64,000 nt of DNA from a virus. Of the stretch, positions 37,184-47,692 are shown piece after piece. A program made the position numbers and the translations under genes. Positions within the stretch are counted from its first letter, which is position 1; every line of letters begins with the position of its first letter. The notes under the pieces were generated by a model. It was not told the DNA's origin and did not search any database. It saw only the letters and a program-made list of their open reading frames with translations. The stretch spans positions 64,001 to 128,000 of IMG/VR virus record IMGVR_UViG_3300044629_000431. One strand, given 5' to 3'.

Positions 37184-37875
37184 TACCCTACTCCATTTTT
37201 AAGTTCTTCAACGGTTGCTTTTAATTGATTTATCTGCTCTTGTTGCTCCTTAATTGCTTCGATGAGAAGACCAACTAGATTTCCATATTGAACACCTTTA
37301 TACCCATCTGGTCTATTCACAACAACTTCTGGAATAATTTCTTCAACTTCTTGGGCAATAACTCCTATTTGTTTTTGCTTATTTTCTTTAAAGTCAAACG
37401 TGACTCCACGAAGCGCAGATACTTTTTTCAGAGGTTCTTGAATAGTCTCAATATTTTCTTTTAGGTTTTCATCCGAAGGTAATGACTTACCTAAAGCAAG
37501 TTCTGCTTCAAGATCTTTTCCATTAATTTTAACACTTCCAAATAAATTAACATCACCGATATAAGTCATTGACCCTACAGACATAGAAAGTCCTGTATGC
37601 AATAATGTTGAAAATCCAGCAAGAATACCACCACTTGCAAACAGACTTGGAATGACTGGAATAATGTCAAATGGATTTTTAATTAGAAAAACACTTCCAG
37701 TTTTAATAGTTTGACCTAGAGTAACACTATTACCACCAGTTAAATGATTCTCATTTGCAATTACATTATCCTGAAAGATTGACTCCTCAGAATAAGTCTT
37801 CTGTTTTCCAGGAATGTTACCACCCTTTAGAATGTCAAAAATTTTAAACAGACTTGTTAAAGCAGAAAAAGACAT
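37183..37875 (-). CDS. tail spike-associated protein with peptidase S74 chaperone domain
   Basis: SDENLKENI ... GVIAQEVE ... YGNLVGLLIEAIKE. Confidence 0.8.
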   Translation of the reverse strand: MSFSALTSLFKIFDILKGGNIPGKQKTYSEESIFQDNVIANENHLTGGNSVTLGQTIKTGSVFLIKNPFDIIPVIPSLFASGGILAGFSTLLHTGLSMSVGSMTYIGDVNLFGSVKINGKDLEAELALGKSLPSDENLKENIETIQEPLKKVSALRGVTFDFKENKQKQIGVIAQEVEEIIPEVVVNRPDGYKGVQYGNLVGLLIEAIKEQQEQINQLKATVEELKNGVG

Positions 37876-37876
37876 A

Positions 37877-38428
37877 TTATCCTCCTAAAAATTGTTCCGT
37901 AATACTACAGTTGCGACTGCGAGCTGCACTTGAACCTACATGAGACTCTTCGAAACATTTCTCTTTAAATGATTCACCTTCTGGAAGCATATTACCAGTC
38001 TGTGCTTGAAGATTTGCAACGTTTGCGCTAATACCTAGACCGCCGCCTACTTTTATGTTCAAATCTTTTCCTACATTCATATCTAATGTTCCGTCGCAAT
38101 CAATTTTAATACGACTACCACGTATTCTAACTTGTCCTGTTTTATCTGCTGTTAAGCAAATATCACCACCAGCAGTCATAATCTCAATATCTATGCCTCC
38201 ACCACTTTTCTTTCCAGCATGTATTTCAATTTTACCATCATTATAAATGCTCATTAAACCACCTTCAGACAAACTTACAGAACTCTGCAGTTTATCTGCT
38301 GTTACCGCATAAAACTGATATACACCAGTTCCAGTTCCACCCATTATTGGGCTATGCAATGTTAGTTTAACATCGGTTGAGAAATTAACAAAATCTCTTT
38401 TATCCCAGTTCTTTTTTCTTTCTGCCAT
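37877..38428 (-). CDS. gp5 C-terminal-like beta-rich spike protein
   Basis: Follows gp5; alternating hydrophobic beta repeats (DLNIKVGG). Confidence 0.55.
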   Translation of the reverse strand: MAERKKNWDKRDFVNFSTDVKLTLHSPIMGGTGTGVYQFYAVTADKLQSSVSLSEGGLMSIYNDGKIEIHAGKKSGGGIDIEIMTAGGDICLTADKTGQVRIRGSRIKIDCDGTLDMNVGKDLNIKVGGGLGISANVANLQAQTGNMLPEGESFKEKCFEESHVGSSAARSRNCSITEQFLGG

Positions 38429-38429
38429 T

Positions 38430-40454
38430 TTATGTTGTTACACAATCTACAACTTGTTTAACTTCACCTTGTAAATCTGGTACATCTAGTTTTGGTTTTA
38501 AAATAGCACCAACACCAGTTTCTGTGACAACGCTTAAAACTGGTAAAGAAGTAACATTAACCCTATTTATTGGTGTGACCTTAACGATGTATCCACTTGC
38601 AATTTGAGTTTCATATTCATTTCCTAGATCATCAATGACTTTATCTCCTGGTGAGTATCCACTTCCGGTATTAATTACAGATACATCGGACACGATATAT
38701 GGTTGTTCTACAGCAGGGTAGTTCTCACCCTCTGAAACAATGTAGATAGAGTTTACTTGACCATCCTTAATTGTCGCTCTAGCAACAGCACCATATCCTT
38801 GGTTGCAACTGTCGGTAATTTCTACGAATGGGGGATAAACATAACCAGAACCAGGATTGGTCATTTTAACTCCTATGATTCCTCCTGTTACACCACCATT
38901 TGCGGCATCAACAATATTACCAAGTAAAGGAATTCCAGAAGCACCGCTTCCACCGCCACCAAAGATATTGATTGTTGGAGGACCACAGAACTGAGGAATA
39001 CCAGCAAAACAATCGCTGATACCACTAAAGTCTGGTGATGAAATACCTGCATTGAAAATATCAAATGCACCGACGATTTGCGATACACCTTCGATTGGAT
39101 TACCTGCTCCAGTCTGTGCATCTGCAATTGAAAATGCAGTATTTGCAAGTTCAAGAATTGAATTGATATCAGTTACTTTTGGCATCTTTGTTCCATATCC
39201 AACAATCCATTCTTTCGTATCATTATCATCTTCATCTTCTTCACATTTAGGAATACCAAGCATTCCCAAGAATGACTCTCCAGTGTTGCGTAAAAAGTCT
39301 TCCGTATTAAATCCACCAACATATTTAAGAATAGATTGTAATCCACCAATAGCAGACTGAAGACCAGTTGCAATCTGACCAATAATGCTGTTCATTATTG
39401 ATCCCATAAATTGCTCCGCAACACAAGACACAAAGTTAGCAATATTATCAACGATTGCATACAACATTTGTCTAATGATATTACCAATAGACTTAATGAT
39501 ACTTTCTATCAAACAAGGAATTCTTTTTTCAAGTTCACATATTACAGGAATCATTGCTTTCTCTGCAAGTTCACCTGCTTTGTTTGCAGTTGTTGGGTTT
39601 AGTGTTGCAGCAAATACTAGACCATAAACTGTAGAATAAAGAATTTTAAGACCTGCTTTAATGAGGGGGATAAGTGCTTTGAATACTGCATTAACTGCAC
39701 CACCAACTTGCTGACTAACAATATCCTCTAACTGCTTTACACGAAAATCAATTTCTTGTTTTAACCATTCTCTTGCTTCCTCAATACCATTAGCAATCTT
39801 ATCTTCAAACTCTGCATAGTCTTTTAAAAAATTGCCAAGAGCATTTTCAATCTTATCAAGAGTAGAAGGTTTTTTAGTTGCATTTAATACTTTATCACCA
39901 ATTGCATCAGAAAGACCAACGGCACCCTTTCCACCAGCAGATTCTACTTGACTTTTCTGTAGAGCAACTGGTGATGGTTGAGATGTTGAAGACTGTTCGT
40001 TTGTGTTTCCACCTAGTATCTGAGATGTTGCTCCATCAGGTGGTTTGATATCATTTGTAAACCCAGTAAATGGAATAAAAGGTCCCGAATATGCTTTTTC
40101 TGGTTTATATGCAGTATGACCAAATGCACCGACAATTACAGGAACTTGAGCATTGTCCCCATCCATAAAAAATCCAAATACCACATCTCCAGGTGCGACA
40201 CGAACTTTTTGTGCCGAACCTTGACCACCAGTTCCTGCGGTCATTGGTAATACTATTTGTGCCCAAGGAAGATCTTCATCTTTTAGTTCAACCGTATTTG
40301 CGGGATGATATCCCATAATACGGACCTTAGCCCTATTTCCCCACCCTTTACCATCTTTTTGGTCAGCCCATACCTCTTTAAGTGCTACTTGACCAATCCA
40401 CCAACGGAATCCATCTCTACCAATAAAATTAGATTTTAATAAGGACTCTTCCAT
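38430..40454 (-). CDS. gp5: baseplate hub / central spike gp5 (OB-fold N-terminus)
   Basis: GRDGFRWWIG ... KVRIMGYH ... LPWA ... VFGFFMDGDNAQVPVIVG. Confidence 0.85.
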   Translation of the reverse strand: MEESLLKSNFIGRDGFRWWIGQVALKEVWADQKDGKGWGNRAKVRIMGYHPANTVELKDEDLPWAQIVLPMTAGTGGQGSAQKVRVAPGDVVFGFFMDGDNAQVPVIVGAFGHTAYKPEKAYSGPFIPFTGFTNDIKPPDGATSQILGGNTNEQSSTSQPSPVALQKSQVESAGGKGAVGLSDAIGDKVLNATKKPSTLDKIENALGNFLKDYAEFEDKIANGIEEAREWLKQEIDFRVKQLEDIVSQQVGGAVNAVFKALIPLIKAGLKILYSTVYGLVFAATLNPTTANKAGELAEKAMIPVICELEKRIPCLIESIIKSIGNIIRQMLYAIVDNIANFVSCVAEQFMGSIMNSIIGQIATGLQSAIGGLQSILKYVGGFNTEDFLRNTGESFLGMLGIPKCEEDEDDNDTKEWIVGYGTKMPKVTDINSILELANTAFSIADAQTGAGNPIEGVSQIVGAFDIFNAGISSPDFSGISDCFAGIPQFCGPPTINIFGGGGSGASGIPLLGNIVDAANGGVTGGIIGVKMTNPGSGYVYPPFVEITDSCNQGYGAVARATIKDGQVNSIYIVSEGENYPAVEQPYIVSDVSVINTGSGYSPGDKVIDDLGNEYETQIASGYIVKVTPINRVNVTSLPVLSVVTETGVGAILKPKLDVPDLQGEVKQVVDCVTT

Positions 40455-41752
40455 TAGTTGTTATTTTTTCCGTATTTTCCAAATGTATCTCTAATCAGTT
40501 TCATAGATGTGAATGATCCATCTAGGTCAAAGTGATGACAGAGTTCTTTTATCATATATAGACCGCTTTGCTCTTCGTCAAAAACATTTTTATCAGAGTC
40601 TGTAATTTTTGGAATCTGACAGTTAATTAAATCTCCCGCTCTTAAGTTTGTATTTAACGGAACAGTCATACTTACAGTTTGAGTAAACATAATATTATAT
40701 CTCATAATTGCTTGAGACTGATATTCAAATGGATTTGCATTTGGTTCCGTAGATATACCCTGATCCATTGTCCCAATATCAAGAACTTGAGTAATAATTC
40801 GAGTAGGAAGATTTCCTAAGTTTCCTGGTAGATTGAGGTTTGCTTGACCAAGATTTTTAGTTTTACCAACATAATTTTCTAGTTTAAATATTGCCTGACT
40901 TTGAGGAGTAAATGTTCCATCTAGAGGATTGAAAAACATTCTATAACTTGAATATGTTCCCAGTCTAAGTTTTTCTATTAGGTTTTGGTTTCTTTCAGTT
41001 GTATAATCAATAATTGCAAAGTCATTATTTCTAAAGAAGTCAGACTCATTTGGTCCATAGTAAGTATAAGTTGCTTTTGACTCTGCCTGAATTAAATTAT
41101 CAATGGCACGAAACTGAAATCCATCTTGTGTTTGGTAAAAGAAAAAACCAGCAGTTGCACTACCCGATGAATCTGGAACTGCCTTAGACGCTAACCAAAC
41201 CAATACAGTAAATGGTTTTCTTAAATTTCCAATAAAGGCATATTTGTTTGAGGTTTTATCAATTGTTCCTACTTTTGTTGCCTTAAGTTTATCATTTAAT
41301 ATTTGAGTTACTGCACTATCAATAGAAGTTCCTGGAGAAAACTTTCCACCGACTCTTGAAGTTTCATTTGTAATTGCTTCTCTTGAAACTAAGTGTAGTT
41401 GGAATACTTCTCGTTGACTTTGACTGATAACGTTTGAAATACTAGAAACATGAAGTAGATCGTCTGGTTTAGAAAAATCTAGATCTGGATTTGTTGGCGA
41501 GTTTCCACCTATTTTTAACGCAAGTCTTTCGCCACCACGCAAGGGAAGACCATTATAAATTGACTGAAGTTCCCCACTTTTACCTCTGATACTTCCACCG
41601 GTGTCCATTACAACTATTTTTGCAGTCACAGTTGGTGAGAATACATCTTCATAATAGTCAATAGAATATGTTCCAAGTCTAATGTCAACCGTCTTTGACT
41701 GATCCGTAGATTCTAGTATGAGTTTTTCGTATAGAGATCTTTTAGTTGACAT
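40454..41752 (-). CDS. baseplate hub protein (gp27-like)
   Basis: Position upstream of gp5; FFFYQTQDGFQF; LRAGDLI ... SGLYMIKELCH. Confidence 0.6.
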   Translation of the reverse strand: MSTKRSLYEKLILESTDQSKTVDIRLGTYSIDYYEDVFSPTVTAKIVVMDTGGSIRGKSGELQSIYNGLPLRGGERLALKIGGNSPTNPDLDFSKPDDLLHVSSISNVISQSQREVFQLHLVSREAITNETSRVGGKFSPGTSIDSAVTQILNDKLKATKVGTIDKTSNKYAFIGNLRKPFTVLVWLASKAVPDSSGSATAGFFFYQTQDGFQFRAIDNLIQAESKATYTYYGPNESDFFRNNDFAIIDYTTERNQNLIEKLRLGTYSSYRMFFNPLDGTFTPQSQAIFKLENYVGKTKNLGQANLNLPGNLGNLPTRIITQVLDIGTMDQGISTEPNANPFEYQSQAIMRYNIMFTQTVSMTVPLNTNLRAGDLINCQIPKITDSDKNVFDEEQSGLYMIKELCHHFDLDGSFTSMKLIRDTFGKYGKNNN

Positions 41753-43677
41753 TAGGTATAAGCAAGCTCCAACAACATTCTTTGTTTGATAAGACTATTT
41801 AAGCTTGGTCCAGCAATAATAATTGGAGACCCCTCACCAGAACCGGTCATCATTGCTGGATTCTGATATAACTGTGGTGGAGCGGCAACAACCAATGTTT
41901 TTCCACTAGACTCCGGAGTAATACCATCAGATACTGTTGCTCCTTGTCTTCTTCCAGTTATTTGTGCTGGAACTGCTGTTGTGTTTCCAGGAGCATTAAA
42001 AGCAGCCTTGTTTGGTTGATTTGTGAGTAATAAAAGTGGAACATAAGGTGATGGATCAGCATCACTTCCATAACCCATTTTTCCTTTTTGTCTTGTGTAT
42101 TCAAGATGAATGTGAGGACCACTTGAACGACCACTGCTTCCAACTTGAGCAAATGACCTGCCTGCTTTCATTGTGGTAAACGCTCTCGGTTTTGCAAGCA
42201 AATGACCTAAACGAAGTTGGACTCCATATGAAGGAACCCATACATCTACAACGTGTCCATATCCACCATCATCCCAACGATATCCAACCCACTCACAATC
42301 AACTCTCAATGCAATCCAAGTTCCAGAAGGACACGCAATATCAAGACCCAAGTGTCCAGGTCTATCTGGGTCCTTAAATGAATCTGTGATTTGAATGAAA
42401 GGAACTCCTCTTCCAATGGATTGAGTCAATACATCTCCACTCACTAATGGTCTAGAACCAAGTCCACCAGGAGTTGCAGGTGGTGCTGGAGTTGTTTGTG
42501 CTGGTGGTGCAGTTGGTGTTCTACCTTTTAAATTTTTATAGGCATCAAGAATCTTATCCCCATGCGCCTTTCCACTAGTTCCATTTACATCTCTACTATT
42601 TGGATAATCACCACCAGTTAAATGATAAACTCCGAACTTTTGAACTAAAAAGAACTCATCAGCATTTGGGTATTTTCTTTTTATTTGAGTTAAAGTATTT
42701 TGTGCGTGAGTTGCAAATAAAGCATCTTGATCTTTTGGTGGAAAATATTTTATTAACTGTTGAGCAGCAGAACGATCTCCACTTAAAGATCTGTTTATTA
42801 AAGACTGTACTTGTGCTTTATTATTACCCGCATTTTTCAATAAAATTTGTTGGGTATCATTTCTTCCAGTCATAAACTGGTATCTTCCCAATCCGTGACC
42901 AAGATACGTCGTTGGACCTACAGATCCATAGTTTCCTTCTGCTTTAGAAGTTGCATCAGCAAGAGCTTTTAGATTGACTCCATAAGAAGTTCCAGTTGGA
43001 CCACCTGGTGCTGATGGGGGAGTTGGTTGTCCTGTAGTTGGTGCTGGTTGCTGCTCTTCTTCACCAAAATCAAATGGTTGAACTAGAATATTAATTGCAT
43101 TAAAAAAATCAACTTCCATTCTACTGAAAGTTGTTCTGACCCTCGACAACGAAGCATCGATTTGCTTACCCATATCAGAAAAATCAAAAGCAATTAAGTT
43201 ACGAATAAATGCTGATGAAAGTGTTCCTATTTCTCGAAATATTGAAAGGGTATTCCCCATGAAATTAGACATCGTTCCAGATATCTTTACGATTCTTTCC
43301 CCTAGTTGTTTAGATAATGAAATAATAGTTGGTAAGTTTATAACTGCCCAACCAACCATTGTAATTGCAATGGCATCAAGTATTCTACCCAAAAATCCTT
43401 TGGTTGAGTTTGTGACTGCTCTACCTACACTTCTTATAGAACCAGTTGATCTTGATGCTTCAAATAGGTCTCTTTGTTGTTTTCTGCGAATACCGTCTTT
43501 TCTTTTTTGATAAATGCTTTGTCTTTTCGCAATAGACTGTCTTTTAAAAACAGACTGTTGTTGTAAAGTTCTTCCAACACTTTTTGCAATACTATTACTC
43601 TGCTTTGATCTCTTTTCAAGATTATCTGTTGACTTGAACAGTTTATTCGAAGTAACTTTAATGAATGAAACGCTCAT
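41752..43677 (-). CDS. tail-associated peptidoglycan hydrolase (lysozyme-like plus M23 peptidase)
   Basis: AEGNY...GRYQF; HLGLDIA and SSGPHIHLE (M23 HxxxD and HxH). Confidence 0.8.
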   Translation of the reverse strand: MSVSFIKVTSNKLFKSTDNLEKRSKQSNSIAKSVGRTLQQQSVFKRQSIAKRQSIYQKRKDGIRRKQQRDLFEASRSTGSIRSVGRAVTNSTKGFLGRILDAIAITMVGWAVINLPTIISLSKQLGERIVKISGTMSNFMGNTLSIFREIGTLSSAFIRNLIAFDFSDMGKQIDASLSRVRTTFSRMEVDFFNAINILVQPFDFGEEEQQPAPTTGQPTPPSAPGGPTGTSYGVNLKALADATSKAEGNYGSVGPTTYLGHGLGRYQFMTGRNDTQQILLKNAGNNKAQVQSLINRSLSGDRSAAQQLIKYFPPKDQDALFATHAQNTLTQIKRKYPNADEFFLVQKFGVYHLTGGDYPNSRDVNGTSGKAHGDKILDAYKNLKGRTPTAPPAQTTPAPPATPGGLGSRPLVSGDVLTQSIGRGVPFIQITDSFKDPDRPGHLGLDIACPSGTWIALRVDCEWVGYRWDDGGYGHVVDVWVPSYGVQLRLGHLLAKPRAFTTMKAGRSFAQVGSSGRSSGPHIHLEYTRQKGKMGYGSDADPSPYVPLLLLTNQPNKAAFNAPGNTTAVPAQITGRRQGATVSDGITPESSGKTLVVAAPPQLYQNPAMMTGSGEGSPIIIAGPSLNSLIKQRMLLELAYT

Positions 43678-43678
43678 C

Positions 43679-45034
43679 TTATGCTACCACGTTATAGTTT
43701 GCCATCGAATAATACACGTAGAAATTATCAGGATTTGACGAAGAAATAGATGGAATATTATTTGCGACTGGGTTCATGTTTGCAGGCACATCTCTTGGTT
43801 GCTGTTGCTGTCCTGCAGTCACAACGACGGTTGTTTCTGGTTCAGGAGCTGGACCAAGATTTTGTGCTCTAACTAATGCAGGAGATGCAGTTGTTTGAAC
43901 ATTTGCTTGAACGGTCGCTGCAGCGTCAGACATTCCTGCCATAGTATATCTGGATGCATCTAATGCACCTTCTGGAAGATTAAATCCAGCCATTGTGCCA
44001 GAAGCTTTAGTAAAGAGATCTTGTCCTAAGTTATTAAGAGGAGAATATAAAGCAAATCCACCCAGTAGTTTAAGTGGTAATGGTAAGAATGGTATTTTTG
44101 AAAGTGCGGTTAGACCTGCTACTGCTGTTCCAGCACCCATAACTGCTTGTCCTGCAGGAACTCCAGAAGCAATATTAGCAGCAGTTCCAGCAGTTCCTTG
44201 CACAAATGGATTTTGAAACAGATTTCCAACTGACCTAAGCATCTGTCCCATTTGAGAAGATGGAGTTGCTGCTATTCCACTTGTTGGTGCTGCAGCAGGT
44301 GGTGGTGGATTTGTTGTGCCAGGACGAACAATGTTTCTAATATTATCTATTGTCCCCTGTGCAGCATTTTTTACAACTTGAAAAGGATATTTGAATAGTC
44401 CGTTTGCAATTGCTTGCGAGATTCTAGATGTGGTTCTAGTGATTGATCCAACAATTCCTGCAAGACCCGTGTAGATATTTCTGAATACATTTCCGGCAAG
44501 ATTAAAACCTTTACCTACTTGGTTTTTAACTCCATTTAAAGCATCAGTCGTAAACTTAACTGCAGATGCAATACCACCAATAACTTTTGGTGCTAACCAT
44601 CCAGTCAATAATAAGGTAAAGAATCCCATCAAACGGGAAAGAGAAGACTGCGCTTTGACTGCAGCTTTTTGTGCTGGCGCAACAGTTGCATTCTCAATCT
44701 TTCTTTCGACTAATGCTTCTTGACCTTCCCTGAGTTGTTGCTCTGCGACTCTTCTTTCTCTTTCTTGCTCTATCGCTTCTTTCTGTCTTTCTAGAAAGGA
44801 ATTTTGTGTAACCGATGCAGAAACAGTTTGCAATGACTGACTTAGACCAACCATTTGTCCGGTGATACGGTCAAGTCTAATATTCAAACCACCAACTAAA
44901 TTTGAAACAGAAGACATTAACTGCTGTCTTTCTTGCTGTCTTTCTATTTCAATAGCACCACTCATCTGTCTAGGAGAAACCATTCCCCTAGCACTATTGA
45001 TTCCACCTAAGATGGGTGATGCCAGTTCAGCCAT
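43679..45034 (-). CDS. tape-measure / baseplate hub-like protein
   Basis: Helical, Ala/Gly-rich; lies between gp51 and the M23 protein. Confidence 0.5.
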   Translation of the reverse strand: MAELASPILGGINSARGMVSPRQMSGAIEIERQQERQQLMSSVSNLVGGLNIRLDRITGQMVGLSQSLQTVSASVTQNSFLERQKEAIEQERERRVAEQQLREGQEALVERKIENATVAPAQKAAVKAQSSLSRLMGFFTLLLTGWLAPKVIGGIASAVKFTTDALNGVKNQVGKGFNLAGNVFRNIYTGLAGIVGSITRTTSRISQAIANGLFKYPFQVVKNAAQGTIDNIRNIVRPGTTNPPPPAAAPTSGIAATPSSQMGQMLRSVGNLFQNPFVQGTAGTAANIASGVPAGQAVMGAGTAVAGLTALSKIPFLPLPLKLLGGFALYSPLNNLGQDLFTKASGTMAGFNLPEGALDASRYTMAGMSDAAATVQANVQTTASPALVRAQNLGPAPEPETTVVVTAGQQQQPRDVPANMNPVANNIPSISSSNPDNFYVYYSMANYNVVA

Positions 45035-45200
45035 TTACTTTGTTTTTAAGATTTTCTTCTTCTATGAAATTATGGAGAAGAGAAACATAAACTTCTCTTT
45101 CCCAAGGTATCATATTTTCAAGTTCTGTCAATGAGTATTTATGATGCTGAATCAAGGCAAAGTTGGTTTTGAAGTATGACTCAAGACTTTCATGAGCCAT
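45027..45200 (-). CDS. gp51: baseplate hub assembly catalyst gp51-like (57 aa)
   Basis: Manually read YFKTNFALIQHHKYSLTELENMIPWEREVY. Confidence 0.8.
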   Translation of the reverse strand: MAHESLESYFKTNFALIQHHKYSLTELENMIPWEREVYVSLLHNFIEEENLKNKVNG

Positions 45201-45202
45201 AC

Positions 45203-45925
45203 TTACCCGAAAAAAGCCGTTAAACCCTCCAAGACAACATCACTCTCTACACCAGTGTTTGGATTCTTAACCGTAAGTGTGTGAGAAAGTTTTGGCATTG
45301 TTTCAAAGAACTTTTCAATTTCTTTGAATTGCTTTGAACTCAGTCCTTCTAAAAATTCTAGAAGTTCTTTTTTAGAGTAGTCGGAGGCACTCCAAGATTC
45401 TTCTTCATTATAAATCTGCTCTACGCAAGTTGAAATAAGATCAAATGTTTCATCTACAGTTACAGAACTACCATCTACGCTAAAGTTACTCTTAATGAAC
45501 TCAGTCATTGAAGGATACTTCATTCTCAAACTTAGATTATCATCTAGTTTAATATCTTTGGTGTGTTCTGAACTGATTTGAACTTTGATTTCATCCAGAG
45601 TAATCAAAGTTGGAACTTGAGTCATTCCGTCATCAGGACAAGTAATTAAGACTTCAATATCTTCTCCAACAGACTTTCCGCGAATGTTCAAGAAAAGATA
45701 TTCAATATCAAAAGTAGAAAGTTCATCTACTTTGATACCTTTGGTTAAAATACAGTTCGTAATTACGTCCTTAACCGCTCTTGCAATTTGCTTTGGATCC
45801 TCACTCTCCATTGCAATAATGAGAATCTTTTCTTCTTTGACTAGAAAAGGACGATACTTAACTTTCTTTTTATTTGAAGGCAACTCAAGTTCATAAGTTG
45901 GAGTCGCAATTGTTGGTAAAGGCAT
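45203..45925 (-). CDS. gp26: baseplate hub subunit gp26-like
   Basis: MPLPTIATPTYELELPS...YRPFLVKEEKIL; FDIEYLFLNIRGKSVGE. Confidence 0.85.
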   Translation of the reverse strand: MPLPTIATPTYELELPSNKKKVKYRPFLVKEEKILIIAMESEDPKQIARAVKDVITNCILTKGIKVDELSTFDIEYLFLNIRGKSVGEDIEVLITCPDDGMTQVPTLITLDEIKVQISSEHTKDIKLDDNLSLRMKYPSMTEFIKSNFSVDGSSVTVDETFDLISTCVEQIYNEEESWSASDYSKKELLEFLEGLSSKQFKEIEKFFETMPKLSHTLTVKNPNTGVESDVVLEGLTAFFG

Positions 45926-45961
45926 AATATCCTATAAAGTTCAGTTATTTTTATTTAGAGG

Positions 45962-46801
45962 TTATTGCTGAGGTCCAGACATACCAACAGAGTTCCACTG
46001 GTTTACCGGAACAATACCACTTGCATTATTTGCTTCGGTGACAGTATTATATTGATTTGCATCATAAGCACCAACTCCACCACCATAAAAACCAGGTGAT
46101 ACTGGGCGGAAAGATGGTCTGGTTACATTTCCAGTATCATTAGAATTTAAGAAGCTTGTCTTCTGACCAGAAACTTTGTTATTATCCGATCCAACATAAA
46201 CACTATAACTGGTTGTCTTACCACAAACATACCTATCAAAGTTAAAAGATGCGGTAACTTTTAAAATATCCGAGTTTGCATATGAAACTGGAACGGAGTT
46301 CATTGCAATGGGAAACATACCATAAAAAGTGTATTCAATTTGTTGATTATAATTTCTATCAAATTTAATAATACGAGTTGCATCAGTTTTGTATTCTTGA
46401 GGATATCTCATTCTGAAAAAATATCCATCTCTTGCTGGAGATACACCAGAACCAAAAGAAATAAACTCAATCCAATGCTCTACAAACTTCAGTGCTTTAT
46501 AAGATGCATCAACATAAAACTCAAGATCAATTTGAGTAAACAAACGAGTATGAGCAAACTTCTCAACCACACCCATGTAGTTTCCTGCAATATCTGCTGT
46601 TCCAAAAGAACTTCCTGGTAGAACTGCAGAACTACAGAGCAATCCCATACTTTCCCCAATGAAGTTGGCATCTAGACCTCTATATGCTAGGTGACCTCTT
46701 AATGGAGCAGATAAACCAGCAAAGACTACTTCATAATGAGAAGTTTGTGCTAGGTTAGTTATCAGAGGTTTGATATCTGATATCCTTCTGGGAGTAGGCA
46801 C
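45962..46801 (-). CDS. tail-tube-like baseplate protein (gp54/gp19-like)
   Basis: LLCSSAVLPG ... LEFYVD ... FPIAMNSVPVSY; synteny next to gp4. Confidence 0.6.
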   Translation of the reverse strand: MPTPRRISDIKPLITNLAQTSHYEVVFAGLSAPLRGHLAYRGLDANFIGESMGLLCSSAVLPGSSFGTADIAGNYMGVVEKFAHTRLFTQIDLEFYVDASYKALKFVEHWIEFISFGSGVSPARDGYFFRMRYPQEYKTDATRIIKFDRNYNQQIEYTFYGMFPIAMNSVPVSYANSDILKVTASFNFDRYVCGKTTSYSVYVGSDNNKVSGQKTSFLNSNDTGNVTRPSFRPVSPGFYGGGVGAYDANQYNTVTEANNASGIVPVNQWNSVGMSGPQQ

Positions 46802-46838
46802 TCTAAATATCTTATATGGAATTGTTATAGTTATTTAG

Positions 46839-47276
46839 ATGTCGTATAGGGGAAAATATAAACCGTCTTATCCGAACAAATATAAGGGAGATCCCACAAA
46901 CATTGTCTATCGCTCTTTGTGGGAAAGAAAATTTATGGTTTATTGTGACACTAATACAAACATTTTAGAATGGGGTTCTGAAGAAATGTTTATTTGGTAT
47001 CGTTCCCCTATCGACTCAAAACCTCATAGATATTTCCCAGACTTCTATATCAAAGTTAAAGAAAGCACCGGTCATATTAAAAAGTATCTGATTGAAATTA
47101 AACCACATAAACAGACTGCGCCTCCACCAAAACCTCAAAGGCAAACTAAAAAATATCTTTATGAGGCATATGAGTATGCTAAAAATCAGGCAAAGTGGGA
47201 AGCAGCAAAAGAATGGTGCGCTGATCGTGGATATGAGTTCAAAGTTCTCACAGAAAACGAACTTGGTATCAAGTAA
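46839..47276 (+). CDS. gp4: head completion nuclease gp4
   Basis: KYKGDPTNIVYRSLWERKFM ... HRYFPDF ... IEIKP ... NQAKWEAA. Confidence 0.9.
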   Translation: MSYRGKYKPSYPNKYKGDPTNIVYRSLWERKFMVYCDTNTNILEWGSEEMFIWYRSPIDSKPHRYFPDFYIKVKESTGHIKKYLIEIKPHKQTAPPPKPQRQTKKYLYEAYEYAKNQAKWEAAKEWCADRGYEFKVLTENELGIK

Positions 47277-47683
47277 TGCCTAGAAAAAGTCTCAAAGAAA
47301 GACAGCAAAAAAAAGTTACAGATACTGATCGTAACCGTAACCGAGTTCGTCCTGTTCTTGATGGCATTATTGGAAATGAAGATCCAGACGACTTGATGCT
47401 TGAGTTACTTGAAGTCATTCAAGAGTCTCCTAAAGTTCCAACTCCTGGTAAGTTTTATATTTTTGTTTATCGCCCTAAAACTCCAAATATTCAATACGAT
47501 CAAAATCCCTTTGTTGCCGTGACAGATGTTTTTCAATGGGGATTTCGTGGCATTAACTTTCACTGGGGAGAAACAAGACAATATACGTGGGATGAGATAC
47601 CTGGAAAAATATACGAAGTCTTCCCATCCGAAGTCAAAGACTTGCAAGAGATACCATTTCAAAATATTAGACTAAATAGTTAA
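47276..47683 (+). CDS. gp2: DNA end protector gp2-like
   Basis: PGKFYIFVYRPKT ... YDQNP ... GFRGINFH. Confidence 0.6.
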   Translation: MPRKSLKERQQKKVTDTDRNRNRVRPVLDGIIGNEDPDDLMLELLEVIQESPKVPTPGKFYIFVYRPKTPNIQYDQNPFVAVTDVFQWGFRGINFHWGETRQYTWDEIPGKIYEVFPSEVKDLQEIPFQNIRLNS

Positions 47684-47692
47684 AAAAGGATA

